This document shows, piece by piece, positions 41,295 to 50,725 of a stretch of 64,000 nt of DNA. The notes below the pieces were generated by a model. That model saw only the letters and a program-made list of their open reading frames with translations, had not been told where the DNA came from and made no database searches. The position numbers and the translations under genes were made by a program. Origin of the DNA: an uncultured virus (IMG/VR IMGVR_UViG_3300048609_000040) (lineage: Duplodnaviria; Heunggongvirae; Uroviricota; Caudoviricetes); IMG/VR virus record IMGVR_UViG_3300048609_000040, one strand, 5' to 3'. The first letter of the stretch is position 1. Every line of letters starts with the position of its first letter.

Positions 41295-41498
41295 ATGCCT
41301 GACATCACGATGTGTTACGGTGAGGCGTGTCGCTTACGTGAAACTTGTTACCGCTACAAATCCAAACCGACCAAAGAGCGTCAACCCTACTCCACAATGC
41401 CGCCGATCGAGATCGAAAACGGCTTGCGAACGGTTTGTGAATATTACGATCACATAGACGAGCCGTCGACGAAACCGGCTAGTGAAGCGGTTGACTGA
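41295..41498 (+). CDS. small Cys-rich protein (MPDITMC family, copy 1)
   Basis: Paralog of 43978-44160. Confidence 0.75.
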   Translation: MPDITMCYGEACRLRETCYRYKSKPTKERQPYSTMPPIEIENGLRTVCEYYDHIDEPSTKPASEAVD

Positions 41499-42295
41499 TG
41501 CGCCTAGCATGGGCAACAGACACTCACTTCGATTCTGCGCATTCTTATGCTGTCGCTGGCTTCTTCGCTGAGTTACGAAAAGAGCACGCTGATGCGTTGC
41601 TTATCAGCGGTGACATCGCTAACGCTCACTGGTTACGGGACACACTCATCAACATCGATGCTGATTTCGATGGACCTATCTACTTCGTGTTGGGTAACCA
41701 CGATGCCTACGGAAAGAGCATAGCTATTGCTCGCAGCATAGCTAACGAGACAGCACAATCCTCAAAAACCCTCTACTGGTTAGACGGCAACGATCCGATC
41801 TCACTCACGCCTACTGTTGGCCTGGTAGGTGTAGGAGGTTGGGCAGACGGACGCGCAGGAGACTTTTTTGCAGCTGGAAGAATCCTGCTTAACGACTACG
41901 TAGCCATTGCAGAGCTGAAAAACAAAGACAACAACCACCTCTACAAGAAGCTTCAAGCTTTAGGTCGCGAAAACACTAAAGCACTGCGTCAAAAACTAAC
42001 CCGCTTACCTCCACAATGGGACACCGTCTATGTCCTGACACATGTTCCACCCTGGCGAGAGGCTGCGTGGCATCAAGGCAAACCGTCAGACGATGTTTGG
42101 GTGCCGCATTTTTCTTGTATTACTATGGGCGAAATGCTTGATCAATGGGCCGACGAGCATCCCGAAGTACACACAGTTGTTTTGTGTGGCCACACCCATG
42201 GGGCAGGCTACATAGAAAGGCGATCCAACTTGGTTTGTTGGACCGGAGAAGCTGAGTACGGTAGTCCCCGAGCTGCCCGTTGGATTGACATCTAA
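41498..42295 (+). CDS. calcineurin-like metallophosphoesterase (Icc/CpdA-like)
   Basis: DTH, GDI, GNHD, THVPP, GHTH. Confidence 0.9.
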   Translation: MRLAWATDTHFDSAHSYAVAGFFAELRKEHADALLISGDIANAHWLRDTLINIDADFDGPIYFVLGNHDAYGKSIAIARSIANETAQSSKTLYWLDGNDPISLTPTVGLVGVGGWADGRAGDFFAAGRILLNDYVAIAELKNKDNNHLYKKLQALGRENTKALRQKLTRLPPQWDTVYVLTHVPPWREAAWHQGKPSDDVWVPHFSCITMGEMLDQWADEHPEVHTVVLCGHTHGAGYIERRSNLVCWTGEAEYGSPRAARWIDI

Positions 42296-43799
42296 GAAGA
42301 CACTGATGAGATTGTCACACGCAGCCTTACGAAGGATTGACGATTTTCGTGTTGAGGTAACCAACCCACATACACCCATCACGCTTTTCGCCAACGATCA
42401 AGTAGAGATCGAAGCGGCAGCCGTCGATCAAGTACTCGATCTCGCTAGGCTAGCACAGACCATAGAAGACAGGGTGTGGTGCAGCTTGGTTCTACCGCAC
42501 CCTGTTCGATTGCTCTCTGATCAATTTGCACTTTCGCGCATCGTCCTTACGCCGGACTTCCACAAAGGCGCAAAGATCCCGATCGGAACCGTAGCCGAAA
42601 CACGCGGTTTTGTAATACCACAAGCCGTGGGTAACGATGTCGGGTGTGGCATGCGGCTACTCGCTACTGACATAGCATGGGCCGAGCTAACACCAATACT
42701 GGAACGTCTTGCAGCGCCTCTTCGCTACGTGTTCTTCCAAGGTGGCCGTGACATACCAATGTCTCCAACGCAACGTGAAGCGTTGCTTCGTGATGGTCTT
42801 TGGGGATTACACGAGACTGCCAAAGGCATGAATGCGGGTGTGTGGCAATATTACACGCGTTCTGAGGAAGAGCTAAACCACGCACATTCGCAAGGAGTGT
42901 TTCCTGCAACAGGTGTGTTCGCCTTCGACGACTACATTCGCAGTTCAGGAAAAGTAGACGGGCGAGACTCCCAAATAGGATCTGTAGGAGGAGGCAACCA
43001 CTTCGTAGAGCTACAGGCTGTGTTGAAGACCAGTACGCTCGCGTACGACTGGGGTTTGAAACTTGGAACAGTAACAATCATGGTGCATTCAGGTTCGGTC
43101 GGGTTAGGCCACCTAGTAGGCGGGCACTTCGTCGACGAGGCTAAGAAGATCTTCCCAAAGGAGCTGAAGAAACCAAGCTTCTATGTTCTTCCCACAATCG
43201 GAAAGCACAAAAAGCTAGGTCTGCAGTACCTGGACGCCATGCACAACGCCGCAAACTTTGCCTTGGGCAACCGTTTGATGCTAGGACTAATGACCGTCCG
43301 CGTGCTGTCAGAGGTACTTGGGCGGCGTATCAAAACACGCTTGGTGTACGATGCACCCCACAACCTCGTTTGGCCCCAAAAAGACGACACGTATCTACAC
43401 CGCAAAGGCGCATGCCCTGCTGGGCCGCCAAACAACTACTTTCCCTCCGGGCACCCCGTGATAATCCCAGGTTCAATGGGTGCTGAAAGCTACGTCCTTG
43501 TGAGCGCTGCAAATGCTGAAGCCTTACACAGCGCGTGTCACGGAGCCGGAAGGGCAGTGTCACGGGGAGCTGCACGCCACGCTGATGACGTAACGCCACT
43601 GCATATCGTTACGCCTGTTGATCCCAACGCGCCCGAGATTAGAGGGCGGTCCGATGTACTAGCCGAGTATCGAAGACGGATAAAAGAAGAAGCACCAGGC
43701 GCCTACAAGCCGATAACACCCATCATCGATACGGTTGAGGCCGCAGACATCGCACGTCAGGTGGCTACGCTGCAGCCTCTCCTGACGATTAAGGGATGA
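42285..43799 (+). CDS. rtcB: RtcB-family RNA ligase (copy 2, longer subtype)
   Basis: TPDFHKG..IPIG, GNDVGCG, GGGNHF, HSGS, PHN, RKGA, PGSMG, HGAGR, EEAPGAYK, IKG. Confidence 0.95.
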   Translation: MTSKKTLMRLSHAALRRIDDFRVEVTNPHTPITLFANDQVEIEAAAVDQVLDLARLAQTIEDRVWCSLVLPHPVRLLSDQFALSRIVLTPDFHKGAKIPIGTVAETRGFVIPQAVGNDVGCGMRLLATDIAWAELTPILERLAAPLRYVFFQGGRDIPMSPTQREALLRDGLWGLHETAKGMNAGVWQYYTRSEEELNHAHSQGVFPATGVFAFDDYIRSSGKVDGRDSQIGSVGGGNHFVELQAVLKTSTLAYDWGLKLGTVTIMVHSGSVGLGHLVGGHFVDEAKKIFPKELKKPSFYVLPTIGKHKKLGLQYLDAMHNAANFALGNRLMLGLMTVRVLSEVLGRRIKTRLVYDAPHNLVWPQKDDTYLHRKGACPAGPPNNYFPSGHPVIIPGSMGAESYVLVSAANAEALHSACHGAGRAVSRGAARHADDVTPLHIVTPVDPNAPEIRGRSDVLAEYRRRIKEEAPGAYKPITPIIDTVEAADIARQVATLQPLLTIKG

Positions 43800-43977
43800 T
43801 GTTGTCCTGACTGTCTAGAGCTAGCCCGCGCCTTGTATCTAGCCTTGAAAGAAGGCGGGATGACACTCACGCCCGACCTGTTAAATGCAATGGGACACGA
43901 TCATTTGGCTGCTACTGCACAAGTCGGTTTGGCAGCCCTCAAACAAGCGGGTTTTCTCGAAGGTGGAAGCAACGACG

Positions 43978-44160
43978 ATGCCTGATATCACAATGTGTCA
44001 TGGAGAAGGATGTTTTTTGCAGGAGACTTGTTACCGCTACAAAGCCAAACCGACCAAAGAGCGTCAAGCCTACTTCACAACACCACCAATCGAGACCGAG
44101 ACCATAGACGGTTCGCAGAGTTGCGCGTACTACATTGTTGACGAGGCCGCCGACCTGTAA
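43978..44160 (+). CDS. small Cys-rich protein (MPDITMC family, copy 2)
   Basis: MPDITMC.GE.C.L.ETCYRYK.KPTKERQ.Y shared with 41295-41498. Confidence 0.75.
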   Translation: MPDITMCHGEGCFLQETCYRYKAKPTKERQAYFTTPPIETETIDGSQSCAYYIVDEAADL

Positions 44161-44186
44161 AGACTGTAACAAAGACAGGAAGAACA

Positions 44187-44534
44187 GTGCCGCGAGTGTA
44201 CACCGACGAAGACATTCAACAGAAGTACCTCAACGACATCCGTCTGGCAGGCTTCTTCGACAAAGATAACCCACACGGCTTCTTTGACGGCAGAGAAGAC
44301 GATGCACAACCACAATTCCGCCTCGTCTGGAGAGCAGTCAACGCACCGTCGTTCATACTGCTTCAAGACAATTCGATTTCATGCACAACACTTGAGCTGC
44401 TCAAGTCGTCAGATGTTGTTTGGATGCAGCCACGTGTGACGTACGTAGACGGAGCGTTGTCTGTTGAGGTAGTGCTGATCGATTACTACGAAGCGCCCAC
44501 CGAGAAGCCTAAAAGCAAGCACTACGAAGAATAG
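44187..44534 (+). CDS. hypothetical protein
   Basis: AGGAAG RBS before GTG. Confidence 0.65.
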   Translation: MPRVYTDEDIQQKYLNDIRLAGFFDKDNPHGFFDGREDDAQPQFRLVWRAVNAPSFILLQDNSISCTTLELLKSSDVVWMQPRVTYVDGALSVEVVLIDYYEAPTEKPKSKHYEE

Positions 44535-44758
44535 ACAGCAGACCAAGATTCGGTGTAGTCTCCTACCCCATGTTTTGGGGCTGGCTACATCAAAGCTTGA
44601 GCTTCCTTAGAGTTTGGCTCCACCAACTCGGAAGCCCATACTGCTTTGCAGCTGCAAAACAACGTCACGGCGCCCGCTGGTTTTGTGTCAATTGCGGCTA
44701 TAACAAGCAGTTAAAACACTAAGTTGCGATCATTGTTGTAATCGTCTACGATGACAGC

Positions 44759-45940
44759 ATGAAACTCGAAGACTACCTTCAGGCTAACGACTGGCGTGCG
44801 GTGGGAAACAACACGTGGGTCAACCGAAAAAGTGAAACCCTTGTGCTTGATCCACAAGATCCCGCGATCAAAACACGTCGCAAACTGATTGCGCTTGGAC
44901 TTCCTTCCGACCTGGAGTTCACCACAGCACCCCCTCCTGATCCGGTTGTAACCGATCCCATTGAAGTCTTCGTACCTGCACCGTTGGCTCCGCAAACGGT
45001 ACCCCAGGAAGTGCAGGATAGCCTACAGGCGTATGTTGCAACTGTAATCGCACCACAAGACGTGCCACCCGAAGTACAAGATCAGTTGCAGACACACGCG
45101 ACAACAGTCGCCAACCAAAAGGTCGACGAACTGATCGAGACCGAGCGACTCGACCCTTCGTTTGTGGCAGCCTGCACGAAGGTGCGTCTGCAGGTTAAGA
45201 CCCAGCTACGCTTGATGGCGACAAGTCTTGATATAGACAGTCAAGCAGACGAGGCCGTCAAAGCCTTCGAGAAGCAGTTTGTAGAGCAAAAGGCCGCGCG
45301 CCTCGCCGCAGAAAAGGCTGCTAGAGAGGCTGAGGCCGCACGGCTAGCAGAGATAGAGGCTGCGCGGTTGGCTGCTGAAGCTGCGGCGGCTAAGGCTGCT
45401 GCTGAAGCGAAAGCTGCTGCTGAAGCAAAAGCCGCAGCCGAGGCCGTTCATCTAATCGTAGATCAGGCTGTTGCAGAACAATTGGCTCGGCCGTTGTTCG
45501 TGACCGAACAGGTAGCAGCCGATCCTGAACAGGTATGTTCTCCTTCGTACTGTTGGGACAGAGAAGATTCTTGTAGTATCTGCAACAGAGCTGAATCCGA
45601 ACAGGTAGCCGAACCCATACAGGCAGGTACATCGGCCGCCGAGACCGAACAAGCAGTTGCCCCTGAACAAGTGACTGAACCCATAACTAACACCGAAGAA
45701 GACGCTGTTGAGATTGTCTTTGAGTTTACAGACGCTGTTGAGCCAGACGAACCGCCCACAGCTGTTGCGTTGTCCGAGGAAGAAATCCAATCTGCACTTG
45801 AGCAAGGTTACGAAGAGCGCAAGGCAGCCGAGGACAGAACTCAGCTTGTGGAACCAACCGATGAGCCCGCTGTAGAACCAGCCGATGCGCCCGCTGTAGA
45901 ATCCAAAAAGACTAGACGGCGCAGGCACAAACGACCCTGA
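44759..45940 (+). CDS. Ala/Glu-rich low-complexity protein
   Basis: AAEAKA repeats, acidic tail, basic C-terminus; TACGAT 6 nt upstream of ATG. Confidence 0.75.
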   Translation: MKLEDYLQANDWRAVGNNTWVNRKSETLVLDPQDPAIKTRRKLIALGLPSDLEFTTAPPPDPVVTDPIEVFVPAPLAPQTVPQEVQDSLQAYVATVIAPQDVPPEVQDQLQTHATTVANQKVDELIETERLDPSFVAACTKVRLQVKTQLRLMATSLDIDSQADEAVKAFEKQFVEQKAARLAAEKAAREAEAARLAEIEAARLAAEAAAAKAAAEAKAAAEAKAAAEAVHLIVDQAVAEQLARPLFVTEQVAADPEQVCSPSYCWDREDSCSICNRAESEQVAEPIQAGTSAAETEQAVAPEQVTEPITNTEEDAVEIVFEFTDAVEPDEPPTAVALSEEEIQSALEQGYEERKAAEDRTQLVEPTDEPAVEPADAPAVESKKTRRRRHKRP

Positions 45941-45965
45941 TCGTTTCTACGATCTGTGATAGGGT
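45939..45965 (+). promoter_or_regulatory. GATCGTTTCTACGATC palindrome plus TG-A-TAGGGT -10 (leaderless)
   Basis: -10 ends 6 nt before ATG 45972. Confidence 0.65.
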
Positions 45966-45971
45966 AACGGT

Positions 45972-46550
45972 ATGCTCTACGCACACTTCGCCGATCCAGT
46001 AGCGCTTAACGGCCTTCTCCAAGAGGGCACACATTACAAATGTGGAACTAACATTTGCTACGGATCCGATGGTGGTGCGACCCACGCAACGTTTATCAAG
46101 CTGCAAACAGTTGCAAATCAAGCCGCTCAGAAGTACGGACTCGGCACGATTGACACCGACGGTTTCATCGGTACCGCTACCGTAACATTGATTCGCGCCA
46201 TCGCAGCACGCGCTACGACAGTCACGACTGGTGCGTTGGCCCAAGCCCGTGGCGCCTTCAGCAAGGAAGTGGCTGCACAGCACGCACAAGAGTTGATTGA
46301 GCAGCTTCAGTCTTTAACCACCATCCAACCACCAACAATTTTCATTGATCCAAACGAAGACCCAAAAACGAGGACACCCACACCGCCAGGAGACCTTGCC
46401 CCCATTGATCCATATGCTGACGCGCCCCCTCCGCCCGCGCCTGTCAAGAGCAAAGTCGGCCTTATTGTAGCTGTCATCGGCGGCATTGCCATCGTAGGCA
46501 CCATCGTCGCGATAGTCGCCATCAAGCGAAATCCGTCGCCACGCGGCTGA
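45972..46550 (+). CDS. peptidoglycan-binding-like protein with Pro linker and C-terminal TM anchor
   Basis: IDTDGFIGTAT motif; TM VGLIVAVIGGIAIVGTIVAIVAI followed by KR. Confidence 0.6.
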   Translation: MLYAHFADPVALNGLLQEGTHYKCGTNICYGSDGGATHATFIKLQTVANQAAQKYGLGTIDTDGFIGTATVTLIRAIAARATTVTTGALAQARGAFSKEVAAQHAQELIEQLQSLTTIQPPTIFIDPNEDPKTRTPTPPGDLAPIDPYADAPPPPAPVKSKVGLIVAVIGGIAIVGTIVAIVAIKRNPSPRG

Positions 46551-46748
46551 GCGCTATCCGCTACTTCGACATGCACCCGCGTAGTTAGACTTCAGCAAAT
46601 GTAGCTACTCGCAGCTCCCAAGCGAGACGACCATGATCGTTGTTACGATCACCAGCTAACTTCTCCAACTGCAAGCCAGGCAACTTTCTTTGTCGTTGCT
46701 CGGTGGTAGTATCGGATCCCTCGTCGGTACACCAACCAGGAGAGCGCC

Positions 46749-49700
46749 GTGGATTTGCAGCAGCCGGACCTGACCGCGATTGGTAGTAGTGTCCTCGCGA
46801 AGCGATACTTGGCTCGAAACGAACAAGGTGAGTTAATAGAGACCCCTCAAGAACGCTTCGTTGCGGTGGCCAAACACGTAGCCCAGGCCGAAGCGGCGTA
46901 TGACATAAACCCTGAAACCGTGTGGCCCGTCTTCTACAAGATGATGGCTGCGCGAGACTTCGTGCCAAATACGCCCTGCCTCGTCAACGCAGGGCATCCA
47001 AACGGGCAACTTTCTGCATGTTTTGTATTACCTATTGAAGATTCAATGGAACGAATCTTTCAAACACTAAAAGACACAGCGTTGATCCATAAGTCGGGTG
47101 GCGGTGTCGGATCCTCGTTTAGTCGCATACGTCCTGCCAACGACTTCGTACAGACAACTACAGGGCTGGCTAGTGGACCAATTAGTTTCATGCGCGCGTA
47201 TAACAACGTAACCGAATGCGTCAAGCAGAGCGGTGTACGACGTGGCGCAAACATGTCTATATTACGTTGTGATCATCCCGATATACTTGCCTTCATAGAT
47301 TGCAAGCTCAAACCAGGTGAGCTAAACAACTTCAACATCAGTGTCGGAATCACCAACGCCTTCATGCAAGCGTTGGAAGAAGACACCGAATACCCACTAA
47401 TCAACCCACGTACGGGAAAACCAACTTGCACGGTACGTGCGCGAGAAGTCTTCGATCGGATCGTGCGCAACGCGCACTTCTCGGGTGAGCCTGGCTTGTT
47501 CTTCCTCGATCGCGTTAACGAATCAGATCCAGTGGCTACTCCTGATGATCCTATCGAAGCTCCGAATCCGTGCCAGCCAGGTTGGGCAACCGTTCTCACC
47601 CCCAAAGGCATCCGTACCTTCGACGAGGTTGATATTGGATCGACGATTTGGAGCGGTCAGCGTTGGGTGCAAGTAACTAATAAGGTCAAGACAGGTGTGA
47701 AACCTGTCTACCGCTACCACACACGTACCGGTTCCTTTGTAGGCACGTCTAACCACCGCATCGTTTCAGAGGGCACCAAGATCGAAATCGGAGACGCGTC
47801 TAACGTCGATCTTGCATTAGGCCAACTAGGAGATCCTAACGACAAAATCTCACCGCAAGACATCATGGACGGTTTGGTAATCGGCAACGGTATAACGCAA
47901 GCAAATAGTGGCGCCCCATTCCTCACTATCAGAGAAGCCGATGTATGCTGCTACCGCAAGAGTGAAATTGCCGAACTCATTCTGGAACATTGTCCAACCG
48001 TGCACGACGAAGCTTGGCGTGTAGCAACAACCATTAATGAAGTATCAACGAACGCCTTCGAGCGGATTGTACCAGCACAATTCCTATACGGTACCGCACA
48101 GAAAATGCGAGGATTCCTGCGTGGATTGTATACAGCAAACGGATCCACTCACGGAAATCGGATCACGCTGTCGACTAACGTAAACATCGTCCGCGATGTT
48201 CAGATGATGTTGTCCAGTCTTGGCATTCCTTCACACTATACTATCAACAAGGCGTGTGGTTGTGTTTACTACTATCTCAACATTGAAGCGTGGGCGTGTA
48301 AACGATTCCACAACTTGATTGGCTTTATCCAACCCGAACACGGCTTTATCCAGCCCGAGCACAATCACTGTCTCAACGTCGCATGTAATATCAGACTAAA
48401 ACGGACTTATGACATCGTCGATGTCGAGTATCTTGGAGAAGAAACTGTATATGCCATCACTGTCGACGACGAAGAACATACGTACTGGACTGGCGGACTT
48501 CACGCATCGAATTGTGGTGAGCAGCCACTGCACCCATACGACGCTTGTGATCTAGGTTCGATCAACCTAGCCAACTTCTTGTCAGCAGGCAAAATCGACT
48601 GGGACCGTCTTGGATCAACCGTACGTACCGCTGTCAGGTTCCTCGACGATGTCCACGACGTGAATCACTACCCTATTCCTGAGATCCAAAAGCGGACACA
48701 GAACAATCGGCGTATTGGGTTGGGTGTGATGGGCTGGGCTGACGTGTTGATCGACATGGGCATTCCTTACGCCTCACAAAAAGCACTTGATCTGGCTGAG
48801 CTGGTCATGGCGTTCATCAACATAGCCGCGATCAAAGCCAGTGAAGAGTTGGCTACTCATCGAGGACCGTTCCCAGTCTTTGCCAGCTCAAAACATGCAA
48901 CTAATGGAAAAAAGCCGCGCCGCAATGCCACAGTAACGACTATTGCGCCCACCGGATCGATCTCGATCATCGCTGGCTGCTCTAGTGGAATCGAGCCACT
49001 CTTCGCCATCGTTCAAACACGCAAACAAGCGGACATGACGATGGTCGACGTCAACCCACGATTCGTTGCTGTTGCAAAGCGTGAAGGCTTTTACAGCGAA
49101 ACACTCATGGAGCGGGTACGCGAGACAGGAACAGTCAAAGACTGTCCCGAGGTGCCTGATCATTGGCAACAAGTCTTTGCGGTCGCCAACGAGATTCCCG
49201 TTGAATACCACGTCAAGATGCAAGCAGCTTTCCAGCGCCATGTAGAATGTGCTGTGTCAAAAACCGTCAATCTGCCTCAAACCGCGCCCGTTGAAGACGT
49301 CGAACGGGCCTACATGTTAGCCTGGCAAGAAGGCTGTAAGGGCATCACGGTCTACCGCGACAAGTGCCGAGAGAATCAAACACTCAGCCTCGGCGCAAGC
49401 TCCGAGAAGAAAGCCGAACCAAAAGCCGAACCAGCAAGACCTGAACTGCATCCTTTGCCTACAGAACCGTACGACGCCAAGGTCTGGTACGTCGAAACAC
49501 CAGCCGGCAAACTCTCCGTGAAGTTAGGTTTAGACCACGGACGCCCCTTCGAGGTCTGGTACGAGGTCAGCCGGCCTGGACGAGCCATCACAGCCCTCTC
49601 CGATGCGCTAGCCCGTCTAGGATCTCTCGTCCTACGGATGGACAGCCCCATCGACCCGATGCGCCGTGTTGAATTGATCATAGACCAGTTGACTGGTCTC

Positions 49701-50036
49701 GGTGGTGGAGATTCGGTTGGCTTCGGGCCAGGCCGTGTACTCAGTGTACCTGATGGTGCTGCTAAGGCGTTGCGTACGCTGCTGGATGCTGTCAGCAAGG
49801 ACGAGCCGGCTTCTACGACAGTCTCCACGCCGATTGTCGTCATATCTGCTGAAGGCACCTCTAAGCCTAGCAACGGGCACAACGGCAATGGGCACAACGG
49901 CAACGGCAACGGACACAACGGCAACGGGCATCATCACAACCTGAGAGCTGGCGACATTTGCCCCGAGTGCCACCAAGCAACGCTTTACCACACCGAAGGT
50001 TGTAGTATGTGCCCGTGTGGGTTTGCACATTGCTAG
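46749..50036 (+). CDS. nrdJ: class II (adenosylcobalamin-dependent) ribonucleotide reductase, intein-containing
   Basis: RYL, PNTP, LSACF, GGGVG, RRGANM, NP(intein)CGEQPL, TIAPTG, SKTVN, KGITVYR; C-terminal TSCPD-like domain and zinc ribbon; AGGAG RBS. Confidence 0.92.
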   Translation: MDLQQPDLTAIGSSVLAKRYLARNEQGELIETPQERFVAVAKHVAQAEAAYDINPETVWPVFYKMMAARDFVPNTPCLVNAGHPNGQLSACFVLPIEDSMERIFQTLKDTALIHKSGGGVGSSFSRIRPANDFVQTTTGLASGPISFMRAYNNVTECVKQSGVRRGANMSILRCDHPDILAFIDCKLKPGELNNFNISVGITNAFMQALEEDTEYPLINPRTGKPTCTVRAREVFDRIVRNAHFSGEPGLFFLDRVNESDPVATPDDPIEAPNPCQPGWATVLTPKGIRTFDEVDIGSTIWSGQRWVQVTNKVKTGVKPVYRYHTRTGSFVGTSNHRIVSEGTKIEIGDASNVDLALGQLGDPNDKISPQDIMDGLVIGNGITQANSGAPFLTIREADVCCYRKSEIAELILEHCPTVHDEAWRVATTINEVSTNAFERIVPAQFLYGTAQKMRGFLRGLYTANGSTHGNRITLSTNVNIVRDVQMMLSSLGIPSHYTINKACGCVYYYLNIEAWACKRFHNLIGFIQPEHGFIQPEHNHCLNVACNIRLKRTYDIVDVEYLGEETVYAITVDDEEHTYWTGGLHASNCGEQPLHPYDACDLGSINLANFLSAGKIDWDRLGSTVRTAVRFLDDVHDVNHYPIPEIQKRTQNNRRIGLGVMGWADVLIDMGIPYASQKALDLAELVMAFINIAAIKASEELATHRGPFPVFASSKHATNGKKPRRNATVTTIAPTGSISIIAGCSSGIEPLFAIVQTRKQADMTMVDVNPRFVAVAKREGFYSETLMERVRETGTVKDCPEVPDHWQQVFAVANEIPVEYHVKMQAAFQRHVECAVSKTVNLPQTAPVEDVERAYMLAWQEGCKGITVYRDKCRENQTLSLGASSEKKAEPKAEPARPELHPLPTEPYDAKVWYVETPAGKLSVKLGLDHGRPFEVWYEVSRPGRAITALSDALARLGSLVLRMDSPIDPMRRVELIIDQLTGLGGGDSVGFGPGRVLSVPDGAAKALRTLLDAVSKDEPASTTVSTPIVVISAEGTSKPSNGHNGNGHNGNGNGHNGNGHHHNLRAGDICPECHQATLYHTEGCSMCPCGFAHC
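47571..48512 (+). mobile_element. intein (314 aa) with LAGLIDADG-type endonuclease remnant
   Basis: Starts CQPGWATVLT, block B TSNHR, ends GGLHASN before the extein Cys; LAGLIDADG-like DGLVIGNG and RGLYTANG. Confidence 0.92.
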
Positions 50037-50317
50037 GAGAACGTCTGCTTGAAGGTTGGAATGTACGACAAAGTCTACGCTGTAATGGAGCTGTTCTCTT
50101 TCTTACAGCTCATCCAACGAGAATCAATTCGAGTGGGCCAACTTCTTCATCGAGCTGGCCTCACTCAGTATGCGAAAGCTTGTCAACATATCGGGCAGGA
50201 AGTACTTTTCGGCGAGAAGTCGTTGATTGAGGGCATCCAGGAACGTGCACAAGAAGGCGATTGGGCAGCTGTAGCACGCGCTGCCGACGAACAAGTAAAG
50301 AGCCGGCCAAGCTAAAC

Positions 50318-50725
50318 ATGACTACCACACAAAGAAGACGTGCCAACCTCAAGGCAGCAGGCATGTGCATCTGCTGCGGTCAAAACGCAGCGGAGCCTAG
50401 CCGAAACTATTGTGCGACCTGCCTAGCAACAATGCGTCGAGCACGTAAAAAGAAGCGTGCTTTGTGGAAGGCGAACGGCTGTTGTCTGATATGTGGCCGC
50501 CCCGCTAATGGACGATCACAATGCCCACGCTGTGCTCAAAGATCTCGTGTGTTTGTTGCACAGTATCAACAAAAAGCCCACGCCAGACACATTGTCGGAG
50601 CTGCTTGCGTAGGTGCGAACTTGTTCACAGACGACTGGTCGCGTGTCGATTGTGGAAACTGTCTCAGATCAGCGCCAAAATGTTCCAGTCATCCTGATAG
50701 ATACAATCTCAACGTTTCCTACTAA
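50318..50725 (+). CDS. Cys/Arg-rich zinc-binding protein
   Basis: Repeated K..G.CxxCG...CxxC units. Confidence 0.6.
   Translation: MTTTQRRRANLKAAGMCICCGQNAAEPSRNYCATCLATMRRARKKKRALWKANGCCLICGRPANGRSQCPRCAQRSRVFVAQYQQKAHARHIVGAACVGANLFTDDWSRVDCGNCLRSAPKCSSHPDRYNLNVSY

Noticed and set aside
46551..46748. Cobalamin riboswitch or NrdR box upstream of nrdJ
   Set aside because: No B12-box or NrdR consensus visible.
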